64,000 bases of DNA from an uncultured Chloroflexia bacterium (GTDB taxonomy: Bacteria > Chloroflexota > Limnocylindria > Limnocylindrales > CSP1-4): NCBI GenBank assembly GCA_963817745.1, contig CAWFPC010000008.1:432-64431 (forward strand), in the 5' to 3' direction. Below, piece by piece: positions 19,478 through 33,706 of this stretch. A program made the position numbers and the translations under genes. The notes beneath the pieces were generated by a model. It was not told where the DNA came from. It worked only from the letters and a program-made list of their open reading frames with translations, and did no database searches. Positions within the stretch are counted from its first letter, which is position 1. Every line of letters begins with the position of its first letter.

Positions 19478-20821
19478 ACGCGTTGCTCCGTGGTCCCTTC
19501 TGCCAGGCGTTCGATCCTGGCTCCGAGTTCCAGGAACTTGCCGTCGATGTTCTCATAGCCCCGGTGGACGTGATGTGCACCGTGGATGGTCGATGTCCCG
19601 TCGGCCGCGAGCGCGGCCAGGATGAGCGAGGCCCCGGCCCGCAGGTCGCTGATGTCGACCTCCGCGCCGCGCAACTGCGAGCGACCGGTGATGGTCGCGT
19701 GGTGGTTGTCCGCGATCTCCACCGCGGCGCCCATCCGACCCACCTCCGCGAGCCACTCGAGGCGGTCCTCGAAGATCGCCTCGTGGACGCGCGACGTGCC
19801 CTGCGCCTGGGTGAGCAGCACGCACGTCGGCGGTTGGAGGTCGGTGGCGAGGCCCGGGTAGGGCGCCGTCTCGACGTCGCAGGCTCGAAAGCCCGTGCCG
19901 TGGAGCGCCGTGCCGTCGACTTCGATGGTAGTCGACGCCACACGAGACGCCGACGCCGGCACGGCCCATCGTCTCGATGAACGCCCCCAGATGGTCGCAC
20001 GGGGCGCCTTCGAGTGTCACGCGGCCGCCGGTGACGGCCGCCGCGACGATGAACGTGCCCGCCTCGATCCGGTCCGGGATGACCCGATGCTCCGCCCCAC
20101 GAAGCCGCTTGCGACCCTCGACCTCGATCGTGTCGGGCGCCGTCCGGCGGACCGCGGCCCCCATCGACACGAGGAACGCGATGAGGTCGTCGACCTCCGG
20201 TTCCTGGGCGGCCGGGCGGATCGTGGTGCGACCCTCGGCGAGCGTCGCCGCGAGCATGGCGTTCTCGGTGCCCATGACCGACACGAACGGGAACGTGATG
20301 TCGCCACCGCGCAGCCGCCCGGGCGCCTTCGCGAAGTAGTAGCCGTGGCGGTAGTCGATCTGGGCGCCGAGCGCCCGCATCGCCTCGACGTGGAGGTTCA
20401 CCGGTCGCCGGCCGATCCGGTCGCCGCCCGGGTTGCTGATGATGACCTCGCCGAACCGCGTGAGCAGCGGCCCGAGCAGGATGAAGCTCGCGCGCATCCG
20501 CGCGGCGGCTTCCAGCGGCACGAACAGCCAGTCGACGTCGCCCGCGGCGACCTCGTAGACGTTCGGGCCGGGATGGTCCACGACGACCCCCAGCTCGATG
20601 AGCGTCTGCGCCATGACGCGCACGTCCTCGATCTCGGGGACGTTGGTCAACCGGCAGCGTTCACCGGTGAGCGTCGCCGCCGCGAGCAGCTTGAGGGCGG
20701 CATTCTTCGCCCCGCTGATCTGCACCGTGCCGCTGAGTGGCCGGCCACCCTCGATCCGGAAGACCTCGCGGGCGACCGGCTCCGGGCGGTACTCCCACTG
20801 GAACGGCCGCGCGTCCGCCAT
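19474..20821 (-). CDS. murA: UDP-N-acetylglucosamine 1-carboxyvinyltransferase (frameshifted)
   Basis: [53 protein letters not shown]. Confidence 0.95.
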
Positions 20822-20831
20822 CAGCCCAGGC

Positions 20832-21260
20832 CTATCCGCGGCGCCGCGGACCCTCCCGGTGGCGTCGCTCGGCGACGCGGATCCGGAGGAGCGCCTGCTG
20901 CAGCTGGGCCCGTGCGGCACTGAGGTCCGCACCTTCGTGGAACCCGGTCTCGAGCGCGCGCTCGGCCTCGCGACGCGCTTCCTCGGCCTTCGCGAGATCG
21001 ATCTCGCTGGCCATGTCCGCGGTCTCGGCCATCACGACCACCTTGTCCGGTCGGACCTGGAGGAAGCCGCCGACGATGGCGAACGCCTCCTCCTCGCCGC
21101 CCTTGCGGATCCGCAGCTCGCCGATCCCGAGCATCGACACGAGCGGCGCGTGATGCGGCAGCACCCCCAGCTCGCCCTCGGAACCGGGCAGGATGACCGC
21201 ATCGACTTCATCCGAATATGCGAGCCGCTCCGGGGTGACGATCTCGAGCAGGATCGTCAT
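20832..21260 (-). CDS. atpC: F1Fo ATP synthase epsilon subunit
   Basis: LEIVTPER...PGSEGELGVLPHHAPL...GGFLQV. Confidence 0.96.
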   Translation of the reverse strand: MTILLEIVTPERLAYSDEVDAVILPGSEGELGVLPHHAPLVSMLGIGELRIRKGGEEEAFAIVGGFLQVRPDKVVVMAETADMASEIDLAKAEEARREAERALETGFHEGADLSAARAQLQQALLRIRVAERRHREGPRRRG

Positions 21261-21290
21261 CGCGCGCCTCTCGGACTCGAGGCCGGCGAG

Positions 21291-21380
21291 GCGGGTGGCG
21301 CCGGCCGGGTCGCGGCGCAGCGAGCGCTAGGCGCAGCGCCGGAGCGAGCGGAGGCCGTGAACCGGGCGGCGACAGGACCC
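21291..21380. repeat. Intergenic REP-like element, copy 2 (between atpD and atpC)
   Basis: Same 38-bp core and flanks as 18368-18471. Confidence 0.85.
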
Positions 21381-21393
21381 GCCACGAGGGACC

Positions 21394-23699
<2,306 letters not shown>

Positions 23700-23739
23700 T
23701 GCGTGGCCCTCGGTGGCCGCCGCCGCTGTCATCACCGCA

Positions 23740-23830
23740 TGGCGGCGTTGTCGGCTGCGCGCGCTCACTCACGCAGCTTGGGCTGCGCTCGCTCACGTGC
23801 TCCCCTCCGCCTTGCCCTGCGGCGCCCCAG
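23740..23830. repeat. Repeat-like intergenic insert between atpA and atpG
   Basis: Internal duplication GGCTGCGC..GCTCAC(TCAC)G and hairpin CGCAGC-TTGG-GCTGCG; shares CGCTCGCTC and GCTGCGC words with the reverse complement of the REP-like core. Confidence 0.45.
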
Positions 23831-23856
23831 CGGCGGATTCTTGGTTCGGTCATGAG

Positions 23857-25392
<1,536 letters not shown>

Positions 25393-25404
25393 GCGTGCGA
25401 TCTC

Positions 25405-25950
25405 CTAGAGGGCGCCCGAGATGAGCCAATTCCGGAGCCGCTCCAGGCGGCCTCGGACGCTCCCGTCGATCAGGCGGTCGCCGACGCGCACGACGAGACC
25501 GCCGAGCAGGCTCGGATCGATCTGGACGTCGAGGGCGATGCGGTTGCCGGTGGATTGTTCGAGCCGCTGGGTCAGCGCCCGGGTCTCGTCTTGGGTGAGC
25601 GGCGCGGCGCTCGTGACGGTGGCGTGGGTCAGCCCCTGGCGCCGATCGTCGAGGCGGCGGAACTCGGCCGCGACGCGGGGCAGCTGCTCGATCCGGCCGC
25701 GCCGGAGCAGGAGCTGGATCATGTTCTGCACGGGACGCGAGGCACTGCCCTTGAGCAGGCCGGCGACGGCCATCGACCGCTGGTCGAGCGGGATCGCCGG
25801 GTTGGCGAGCGTCCTCGGGACGTCGTCGCGGTCGAACAGGGTCGCGGCCGCGTCGAGCTCGGCTCGCCACGCCTCGACCGTGCCGTCACGCTGGGCCACC
25901 TCGAAGGCGGCCTCGGCGTAGCGGCGCGCGGCGCTGTCCCGTCGTGCCAT
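25405..25950 (-). CDS. atpH: F1Fo ATP synthase delta subunit
   Basis: ARRYAEA...IDPSLLGGLVVRVGDRLIDGSVRGRL. Confidence 0.96.
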   Translation of the reverse strand: MARRDSAARRYAEAAFEVAQRDGTVEAWRAELDAAATLFDRDDVPRTLANPAIPLDQRSMAVAGLLKGSASRPVQNMIQLLLRRGRIEQLPRVAAEFRRLDDRRQGLTHATVTSAAPLTQDETRALTQRLEQSTGNRIALDVQIDPSLLGGLVVRVGDRLIDGSVRGRLERLRNWLISGAL

Positions 25951-26526
25951 CAGTTCCTCGACTCGTCCTGCGGCGCCGTCGCGAGGAATTCCTCGACCAG
26001 CCGACGCTGTCGGGCGTCGGTCATCGATTCCCCGACGACCCGGCTGGCGGCAGCCAGCGCGAGGTTCGCGACCTCGCCTCGGAGCTCGCCGATGGCGCGC
26101 TGCTTCTCCGCCTCGATCTCGTCGGCGGCGCGGACGCGCATCCGTTCGAGCTCGGCACGGGTCGCCGCGATGTCCGCGTCACGGGTCTCCTGGGCGACGC
26201 GTCTGGGCGCGTGCCAGGATCTCGTTGCTCTCGCGGCGGGCTTCCGCCAGGGTCGCCACGCGCTCCGCCTCCGCGCTCTCACGATCGGTGCGGGCTTGCT
26301 CGGCGTCCTTGAGGCCCTGTTCGATGCGTTCCTTCCGGTCCGCGAGCATGCGCGTGACCGGCTTCAAGGCGAACGTCCAGAGGATGGCGAAGAAGAGGAG
26401 GAAGTTCAGGCCGCTGACGATCACCCAGAACAGGTTGATCTGGAACAGCGCCGGTTCGCCCCCTGCCTCGGTGGCCAATCGGACGACCTCGCGTCCGGAT
26501 CGGGACACGACGGCCATGAGGTCCAC
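25950..26526 (-). CDS. atpF: F1Fo ATP synthase b subunit (frameshifted near 26200)
   Basis: INLFWVIVSGLNFLLFFAILWTFALKPVTRMLADRKERIEQGL, then a coiled coil in the next frame. Confidence 0.92.
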
Positions 26527-26550
26527 GATGCTCTCTCCGTGCCCGATGGA

Positions 26551-26769
26551 TCAGGCGGGCTGGATGAAGATGGCGAGCAGGCCGACGACGATCGCGAGGA
26601 CGCCGAGGCCCTCGGCGAATGCCGCCAGGATGATCGCGATGCCGCGGATCTGGCCGGCGGCGTCGGGGTTGCGACCGATCGCGGTTGCGGCGAGGCCGCC
26701 GAGGATGCCGATGCCGATGCCGGGGCCGATGACCCCGAGGGCGGCAAGACCGGCGCCGATGTATTCCAT
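26551..26769 (-). CDS. atpE: F1Fo ATP synthase c subunit (H+-type signature)
   Basis: GPGIGIG, GRNPDA and AFAEGL with the conserved Glu; AGGAGG RBS. Confidence 0.96.
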   Translation of the reverse strand: MEYIGAGLAALGVIGPGIGIGILGGLAATAIGRNPDAAGQIRGIAIILAAFAEGLGVLAIVVGLLAIFIQPA

Positions 26770-26848
26770 TGCGTGACTTCCTCCTATCGCCCCGGGCCTG
26801 ACGAGCCCGGGTTCATGAGACCGATGGTCGGTGGGCGTCTGCGACGCC

Positions 26849-27893
26849 TCAGTGGGCGGGCTGGAGCGTCGAGGGCTCCTGTCCGTGCAGGGATTCGAGC
26901 GCCTCTTCGGCGACGTGGCCCTCCTCGTGGTCGTGGCTCTCGATGGCGAGCGTGATGAAGACGAGGGTCAGGACGCTGAAGATGAGGGCCTGGATGGCAT
27001 TGAGCAGGAAGTCGAGCCCGATGAGCCCGACCGGGATGATCGCGAGGGTCAGGCCGGTGATGACGCCCAGGGCGACCTCGCCGCCGTAGATGTTGCCGAA
27101 GAGTCGCATCGACAGCGTGATCGGCTTGACGAACTCGAGCATGAGCTCCACGAGGCCGACGAACATCGCGATGAGGCCCGCGCCGATGCCCGGCCTTGAA
27201 CTCGTAGATCGGGAAGAACTTGCCGAGGTAGCCGCGGACGCCCAGCTTGCGGAAGCCTTCGATCTCGAAGATCGCGAACGACACGAGGGCCAGGCCGAGC
27301 GTGATGTTGACGTCGCTCGACGGCGCACGGAGCTGTTCCAGGCGACCGACCGGCGGGACCAGCCCGATCCAGTTCGAGAAGAGGATCAGCACGAAGAAGG
27401 CGAAGAAGATCGGGACGTACGGGAGCGCCGTGGGTCCGGCGAGCCCGACCCCGAAGCTGCTGAGCGACTCGTAGAGGGTCTCGAACGCGTTCTGCCCGCG
27501 TCCGGGGATCAGCTTCCGGCCGCGCGTCATGAGGATCGCGGCGATCAGGATGCCGCCGATGACGAGCCACTGGGTGAAGATCGTCGAGCTGATGCTCGGG
27601 TAGAACACGATGAGCTTGTCGGCTCCGGGAGCCGGTTCCGATGTCAGCGGCAGCACGACGTGCGGCGCCGGGAACTCGAGCGTCCCCTCGATGAAGCACA
27701 CCGGGAACGCACACGGGTCGCCGGGTGCGCCTTCCCTCGGGAACGGCGGCACGAGGATGAGGGCGACGATGTTGAGGACGATGACGACACCGATGAGCGT
27801 GAACCACCGGCTGGACAGCCCTCGCCCCTTGGGCGTTGGCGCGGGGCTTGGGTCGTCGGCGACCGCGGCGGTCGCGACAGGCTCAGTCGTCAC
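26849..27893 (-). CDS. atpB: F1Fo ATP synthase a subunit (frameshifted)
   Basis: ILFSNWIGLVP, APSSDVNITLGLA, KPITLSMRLFGNIYGGE, IQALIFSVL. Confidence 0.95.
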
Positions 27894-27965
27894 GCTAGCT
27901 CCACACACAGGAGCGCGGCGTCACGCCGCGCTCGGGTCCTCCACCGCCGGTCGGGACGTGACCGG

Positions 27966-28187
27966 CTAATCGATCGTCTTCAGGAACCGGCTCACCAGTC
28001 TGATGATCGCCACGGTCCCGGCGCCGGCGCCGAGGAAGAAACCGACGATCAAGAAGACGGGGAGGGTCCCCAGCTGCCCATCGACCCAACGGCCTGCGAG
28101 CACGCCGATCAAGGTCGTGACCAGGAGAGAGATGCCGATCTCCGAGAAGAGGGCGACATAGGCCCAACCCCGGCCGGGCTCGATCAT
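27966..28187 (-). CDS. AtpZ/AtpI family small membrane protein
   Basis: Two TM helices with GRWVDGQLGT..FLIVG pattern; first gene of the atp operon; TGCTACACT -10 upstream. Confidence 0.8.
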   Translation of the reverse strand: MIEPGRGWAYVALFSEIGISLLVTTLIGVLAGRWVDGQLGTLPVFLIVGFFLGAGAGTVAIIRLVSRFLKTID

Positions 28188-28253
28188 GGGCGACCTGTCA
28201 AGGCGCGCGTAGTGTAGCAGCTGCGCGCCCGGGGCCGCCACGGACGGGGCGGC

Positions 28254-28892
28254 TCAGCGGAGCACGACGAAGGCGTCGACGATCCATGCGAACGGCCACG
28301 TGGACCCGACACGACCGATCGGCGCCACGGCGATCGGGGCGGGCGTGGGTTCCGGGGTCGGCGTCGGGTCGGGTGTCGGCGTCGGGGTCGGGTCGGGCGT
28401 CGGCGTCGGGGTCGGGTCCGGTGTCGGCGTCGGGGTCGGCGTCCGGCGTCGGCGTCGGGGTCGCGTCGGGGTCGGCGTCGGCGTTGGGTCGGTCGCGGTC
28501 GGCTTCGGCGTCGGCTTGGGCGTCGGGCGCGGCGTCGGCCTCGGCGTCGGCCTGGGCGTGGGCGTCGCCCCCGGTCGCGGTGTCGGGGTCGGTTCGGCGG
28601 TCGGCGTCGGCTCGGGCGTGGGCGACGCGGCGACGCTCGCGGATCCGCTCGCCGCGGCGCCGTCGCTCGGTTCCAACGGTGGGCTGACGACAGCATCGGT
28701 CGCCACGGCTGCGGGCGTCGCACTGCCGCCGACGATGCGCGGTTCGCTGTCGCTCGGCGATGCGGTGACGCCGAGGACCTCGCCCTCGCGCCGCGGCATC
28801 AGCGGACCCAGGACAGCGACCAGAAGGACGATCGATGCGACCCCGAACACGGCCAGGGCGCCGTCACGCCGAAAGCGCGCGCGTGAGGTCAC
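28254..28892 (-). CDS. Membrane-anchored Pro/Thr-repeat protein
   Basis: N-terminal TM helix, long (PT)n, PTPR and PTPD repeats, short C-terminal hydrophobic tail; possible indel within the repeats. Confidence 0.65.
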   Translation of the reverse strand: MTSRARFRRDGALAVFGVASIVLLVAVLGPLMPRREGEVLGVTASPSDSEPRIVGGSATPAAVATDAVVSPPLEPSDGAAASGSASVAASPTPEPTPTAEPTPTPRPGATPTPRPTPRPTPRPTPKPTPKPTATDPTPTPTPTRPRRRRRTPTPTPTPDPTPTPTPDPTPTPTPDPTPTPEPTPAPIAVAPIGRVGSTWPFAWIVDAFVVLR

Positions 28893-29284
28893 GCCACCGC
28901 TCGCGACGGGTGTCAGCGGGTGCGCCTGGCGATGCGCGCTCGTCGTCCGGGCCAGCGGATGCGGCCGTACCGGCGACGACGAGGCGTGTCGGTCGTGCGG
29001 TGGTCGGGCCGATGCTCGGCCGCGTCGGCGGTCGGCGGCGGTTCCGCGATCCGTGCCGCGGCTCGATCGGCCTCATGGTCCCGGCGCGTGGCGGTGGGTC
29101 GCCCGAGCGCGCGACGGAGGACGTACATCCCGATCGAGCCGTCGACGAGATCGCCGATGACCTCCAGCGGCCGGCGCCGATGGGCGTGGTCGGTCGGGCT
29201 CGGCGCGCGCGAGCCACGCACGAACAGCACGCCGACCACAGCCACGACCGCGGCGAACGCGATGATGAGCGGCTCCAGCGGCAT
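28864..29284 (-). CDS. Hypothetical membrane protein (frameshifted)
   Basis: N-terminal TM ([17 protein letters not shown]), then [15 protein letters not shown]; 3' part lies in another frame. Confidence 0.5.
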
Positions 29285-29466
29285 GCGGTACCCCGAGTGG
29301 TGCCCCGACGATCGCGGCTCGACCGATGCCGGCCGCGCAGTACCGGCGCGATGCTACACCGCTCGACACCGCATCCCACCGCCCCTTGCGGGAGCCGAGC
29401 CCCGCACAGCCCACCGGATCGCACCTCGGCCCCGCCGACGCCACACCGCGTGATCGGACGCGGCGG

Positions 29467-30597
29467 CTACGGCGGCGTGTCGTGGTCGGTTCGTATGCCT
29501 CGGCTTCGAGTTCCTCGGGTCGGCGGAATGCGCCCCGGATCGGCCCGAACAGGACGAGTCCCGACAGCACGAACACGCCGAGGAACGCGTACAGCTGGTT
29601 CACCTCGGACAGCAGCAGCGCGATGAGCCCGAGCACGACGCAGATGCCGTAGATCACGAGGACCGTGCTGCGGTGCGACAGCCCGAGGTCGAGCAGCCGG
29701 TGGTGGATGTGCGAGCGGTCCGCGCTGAACGGGGACCGGCCCTCGCCGCAGCCGTCGGACGATGATCCAGAAGGTATCGATGATCGGGACACCCAGGACC
29801 AGCAGCACGACCGCGACCTTCCCGGACCCCAGGATCGACAGGACGGCCAGGGTGTACCCGACGAACTGGACGCCGCTGCTCCCGAGGAAGATCGACGCGG
29901 GGTGGAAGTTCCAGCGGAGGAACCCGAGGAGCGCGCCGGCCAGCGCGAAGCAGAGCACGGCGATGAGCGGCTGGCCGACCTGGGTCGTGAGGCTGATGAG
30001 GCCCAGCGTGACCGCCGCGATCGAGCGTGATCCCGCTCGAGAGGCCGTCGAGCCCGTCGATCCAGTTGATGCTGTTGATCATCCCGACGATCCAGAAGAT
30101 CGTGAACCCGATCGCGAACGCGCCTTCGAAGCGGATGCACGCCGCCGCCGAACGGATTCGCGATGAAGTCGATGGTGATGCCGAGCGCGATGGCGAGGAC
30201 CGCGAGCGCGAGCTGGCCGAGGAGCTGCCAGCGGGCGCGCAGGTCGAACAGGTCGTCGATCGCGCCGAGGATCGCGGCAAGCGGCGCCGCCAAGGAACAG
30301 GGCCGTGAGATCGGTCGCCGGCGGTTGCAGGTTGAGCGGCACGGGGACCCAGCCGGCCGCGCCGTTGAGCGCCACGAAGCCCGCCGCGACGAGCAGGAAC
30401 GCGGCCGCCACGGCCAGTCCGCCGGCGCGCGGGATCGGCGCCGTGTTGACCCGGCGCGCCTCGGGCCGGTCGACGATGCCGTGGCGGAGCACGTAGCGGC
30501 GGACGACCGGCGTGAGGCCGAGCGACAGGAGCCCCGCGGCGAGGAAGACCGCGATGATCGGGCCGACGCTCGCGCCGACGTCCTCGATGAAGGTCAC
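29467..30597 (-). CDS. wecA: WecA/TagO-family undecaprenyl-phosphate GlcNAc-1-phosphate transferase (multiple indels)
   Basis: [46 protein letters not shown]; typical glyA-wecA-atp order. Confidence 0.9.
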
Positions 30598-31922
30598 GCG
30601 GCGGGCAGGCCCGGCACGGGGAACCGCTCGACGATGGAGGTGACCTCGCCCGCGAGCCGGCGCTGGACCGCCGCGTCATCGCGGAGGCGGATGGCCTCGG
30701 CGATGATCCGCCCGATCGCGCGCATCTCGTCCTCGCCGAAGCCACGGGACGTGGTGGCCGGCGTGCCCAGGCGGATGCCGGAGGCCGTATTGGGCGGCAG
30801 CGGGTCGAACGGGATCGCGTTCTTGTTCACCGTCACGCCGATCTCGTCGAGCAGGTGCTCGGCTTCCTTGCCCGTGACCCCGAACGGCGTCACGTCGACG
30901 AGCAGCAGGTGGTTGTCCGTGCCGCCGGAGACGACCCGGGCGCCCTGCTCGGTGAGCGTTGCGGCGAGCGTCTGGGCGTTCGCAACGGTCCGCCGCTGAT
31001 CCTCGCGGAACGGTTCCTCCGCCGCGAGCTTGAAGGCGACCGCCTTCGCCGCGATCACGTGCATCAACGGGCCGCCCTGGACGCCGGGGAAGACGGTCTT
31101 GTCGATGGCCGGCCCGAGCGCGCCCTTGAGCGCCGGGAAGTCGGCCGGGTCGATGCCCTCGGGCAGCTCGGCGCGAGCGAAGATCAGCCCACCGCGCGGC
31201 CCGCGCAGCGTCTTGTGCGTCGTGGTCGTGACGATGTCGGCATGCGGGAAGGGGCTCGGGTGGACCCCGGCGGCGACGAGACCGGCGACGTGCGCCATGT
31301 CCACGAACAGCAGCGCCCCGACGGCATGCGCGATCGCCGCCATCCGCTCGAAATCCCAGGTCCGCGGGTACGCGCTGGCGCCGGCGACGATGAGCTTCGG
31401 CCGGACTTCGTGCGCCTGCGCCTCGAGGGCGTCGAGGTCGATCCGTTCGGTGTCCTGGCGGACGCCGTAGGCGTGGACCTCGTACAGCTTCCCGCTGAAG
31501 TTGAGCGCCATGCCGTGGGTGAGGTGCCCGCCATGGGCCAGATTCATGCCCAGGATGCGGTCGCCCGGTCGCAGGACGCTGAAGTAGGCCGCCATGTTGG
31601 CCTGGGCGCCCGAGTGGGGCTGGACGTTGACGTGCTCCGGCCCCGGGTAGAGGGCGAGCGCCCGCTCCTGGGCGAGTCGCTCGGCGACGTCGACGTACTC
31701 GCAGCCACCGTAGTAGCGCTTGCCCGGCAGCCCCTCGGCGTACTTGTTCGTCAGCCAGCTGCCCTGGGCCTCCATGACGGCGGCCGAGACGTAGTTCTCG
31801 CTGGCGATGAGCTCGATCTTGTCGTGCTGCCGCCGGCGCTCACCCTGCATCGCGTCCCAGAGGACCGGGTCGACCTCGGCGATCGACTCCATCGCTCGAC
31901 CGCTCGAGGCGGAGATGGCCAT
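30594..31922 (-). CDS. glyA: Serine hydroxymethyltransferase
   Basis: [53 protein letters not shown]. Confidence 0.98.
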   Translation of the reverse strand: MAISASSGRAMESIAEVDPVLWDAMQGERRRQHDKIELIASENYVSAAVMEAQGSWLTNKYAEGLPGKRYYGGCEYVDVAERLAQERALALYPGPEHVNVQPHSGAQANMAAYFSVLRPGDRILGMNLAHGGHLTHGMALNFSGKLYEVHAYGVRQDTERIDLDALEAQAHEVRPKLIVAGASAYPRTWDFERMAAIAHAVGALLFVDMAHVAGLVAAGVHPSPFPHADIVTTTTHKTLRGPRGGLIFARAELPEGIDPADFPALKGALGPAIDKTVFPGVQGGPLMHVIAAKAVAFKLAAEEPFREDQRRTVANAQTLAATLTEQGARVVSGGTDNHLLLVDVTPFGVTGKEAEHLLDEIGVTVNKNAIPFDPLPPNTASGIRLGTPATTSRGFGEDEMRAIGRIIAEAIRLRDDAAVQRRLAGEVTSIVERFPVPGLPAA

Positions 31923-32035
31923 GGTGCGCACGACTCCTTCCTGCCCGGCGTGCTCCCCCAGGTGCTCCGTCACGCTCGTCCGGCTATCTTCCCACGAACG
32001 AGACGCGCGACGACCGGTCCCGACCGACCGCCGGT

Positions 32036-32719
32036 TCAGCCGGCCCCGCTCCCAGTGGACCCGGGCGGAAGCACCCCGATGGCGTGGGCGACCCCGGCTG
32101 CGTCGAGGATCTCGGCGACGCGAGCGGCCGGGACGGCGCCCTCGCGCAGGATCTGCGGCGCGTCGCCGGTGCAGTCGACGACGGTGGAGGCTGGGCCGCC
32201 CCGGACCGGGCCGCCGTCGAGCACGAGATCGATCTCCTCGCCGAGCTCCCGGATGATCGCGGCCGCGTCCTCGGCGTCGGGCCGGCCGGACAGGTTCGCC
32301 GACGTCGTGGGCAGTGGCCCGAGGGCACGGGCGAGCGCCCGCGGCGCATCGTGATCCGGCAGGCGCAGGCCGATCGTCGGGCGACCGCCGGTGAGCACCT
32401 CGGGTAGCGGCCGGTCGGGGCGCTGCGGGACGACGATCGTGAGCCCACCCGGCCACGCCGCCGCTGCCAGCGCGGTCGCCGCCGGCGTGAGCACGCCGAC
32501 CTCGTCCGCCTGGGATGCCTCGGCGAGCAGGAGCATCACCGCCTTGTCGCCGTGCCGGCGTTTCACCTGGAACAGGCGCTCGATCCCGGCGGGTGTCTCG
32601 AGCGCCACCGCGATGCCGTACACGGTGTCCGTCGGGAGGGCCACGATGCCGCCGTCGCGCATGGTCAGGATCGCCTGCGCGCGACCCGCGTCGTCGTCCG
32701 GGACGACCCGGGCGGTCAC
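32036..32719 (-). CDS. tsaC: L-threonylcarbamoyladenylate synthase, short TsaC/YrdC type
   Basis: [32 protein letters not shown]. Confidence 0.93.
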   Translation of the reverse strand: MTARVVPDDDAGRAQAILTMRDGGIVALPTDTVYGIAVALETPAGIERLFQVKRRHGDKAVMLLLAEASQADEVGVLTPAATALAAAAWPGGLTIVVPQRPDRPLPEVLTGGRPTIGLRLPDHDAPRALARALGPLPTTSANLSGRPDAEDAAAIIRELGEEIDLVLDGGPVRGGPASTVVDCTGDAPQILREGAVPAARVAEILDAAGVAHAIGVLPPGSTGSGAG

Positions 32720-33706
32720 CGGCTCGCCGCGGCCGCCGTGGCGGCCGTTCCAACCAGGGCGGTTTCCTCAACGGTGCCGTCCGCCGGATCGCCTCGTCCG
32801 GCGTCCTCCGCCTCCGCGGCCAATCGATCCGCGGCCTCGAGCGCATCGTTCGGATCGGCGAGGACCAGCGCCTCGATCAGCTGGGCGGCCCCTTCGTCCT
32901 CGAGCGGCGGCGCGATGTAGCGGGCCGCGGCGCGCACGCCGGCAGGCGCCGTGGGCATCGCCGCGCCGTGCCCGACCTCGGCGAGCATCTCGACATCGTT
33001 CCACTGGTCGCCGATCGCCAGCGTCGCGCCGAGCGGGATCCCCAGGCGTCGCGCCAGCCAGCGGATGGCCCGGCCCTTCGACACGCCCGGCGCCACGAAC
33101 TCCAGGAATCGCGGGTGCGAGATCGTCACGTCCGCCACCCCATCGAACGCCGCGCGCGCGAGTGCGGCCATCTCGGTCGGGAGCGGCGGCTCGCCGACGG
33201 CGAGCACCTTGGTCACCGGGTGGGCGATCGCGCTCGCCAGGTCGGGGACGAGCTCGGCGCGGGCGCCCATGAACGCGGAGTAGTCGTCGGCGTTCGGGTC
33301 GTCGGCGCGGACGATGAACCGCTCGAGGTGGTTCATGTGCGGATCGAGGCCGTGCTCCTTGGTCCAGGCGACGATGGCGCGCGCGGTCGCCGCGGGCAGC
33401 GGCGTGTGGACGAGCAGCCGACCGACGCGTCCCGAGCCCGGGACGGGCATGGCGCGGATGATCCCGCCCTGGTAGCCGACGAGCGGCCCGGTCAGCCCGA
33501 GCTCGACGGCGAACCGCATGGCACTCGACACCATCCGTCCGGTCACGAGCGACACCGCCACGTCGCGTGCCATCGCGGCTCGCACCGCGGCGATCGTGCG
33601 TGGCCCGATGACGTGGTCGTCGCCGATGATCGTCCCGTCGATATCGAGCGCGATGAGCCTGATCGGGAACTGGGGCGCGCGCGCTCCGGGGGAGTCGATC
33701 GGTCAT
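32716..33706 (-). CDS. Cof-type HAD-IIB hydrolase (5' frameshift)
   Basis: [16 protein letters not shown]...[16 protein letters not shown]. Confidence 0.9.

Noticed and set aside
26551-26769. Na+-translocating ATP synthase, suggested by nearby Na+/H+ transporters
   Set aside because: The c subunit lacks the Gln and ES/T..Y sodium-binding signature (has GIGIG and AEGL).
28320-28630. Short tandem repeats resembling a CRISPR or VNTR array
   Set aside because: They encode Pro-Thr repeats; there are no unique spacers and no cas genes.
31923-32846. 300-aa N-terminal extension of GlyA in the ORF track
   Set aside because: Off-frame reading of tsaC; GlyA has its own SD (GAAGGAG) before ATG 31922.
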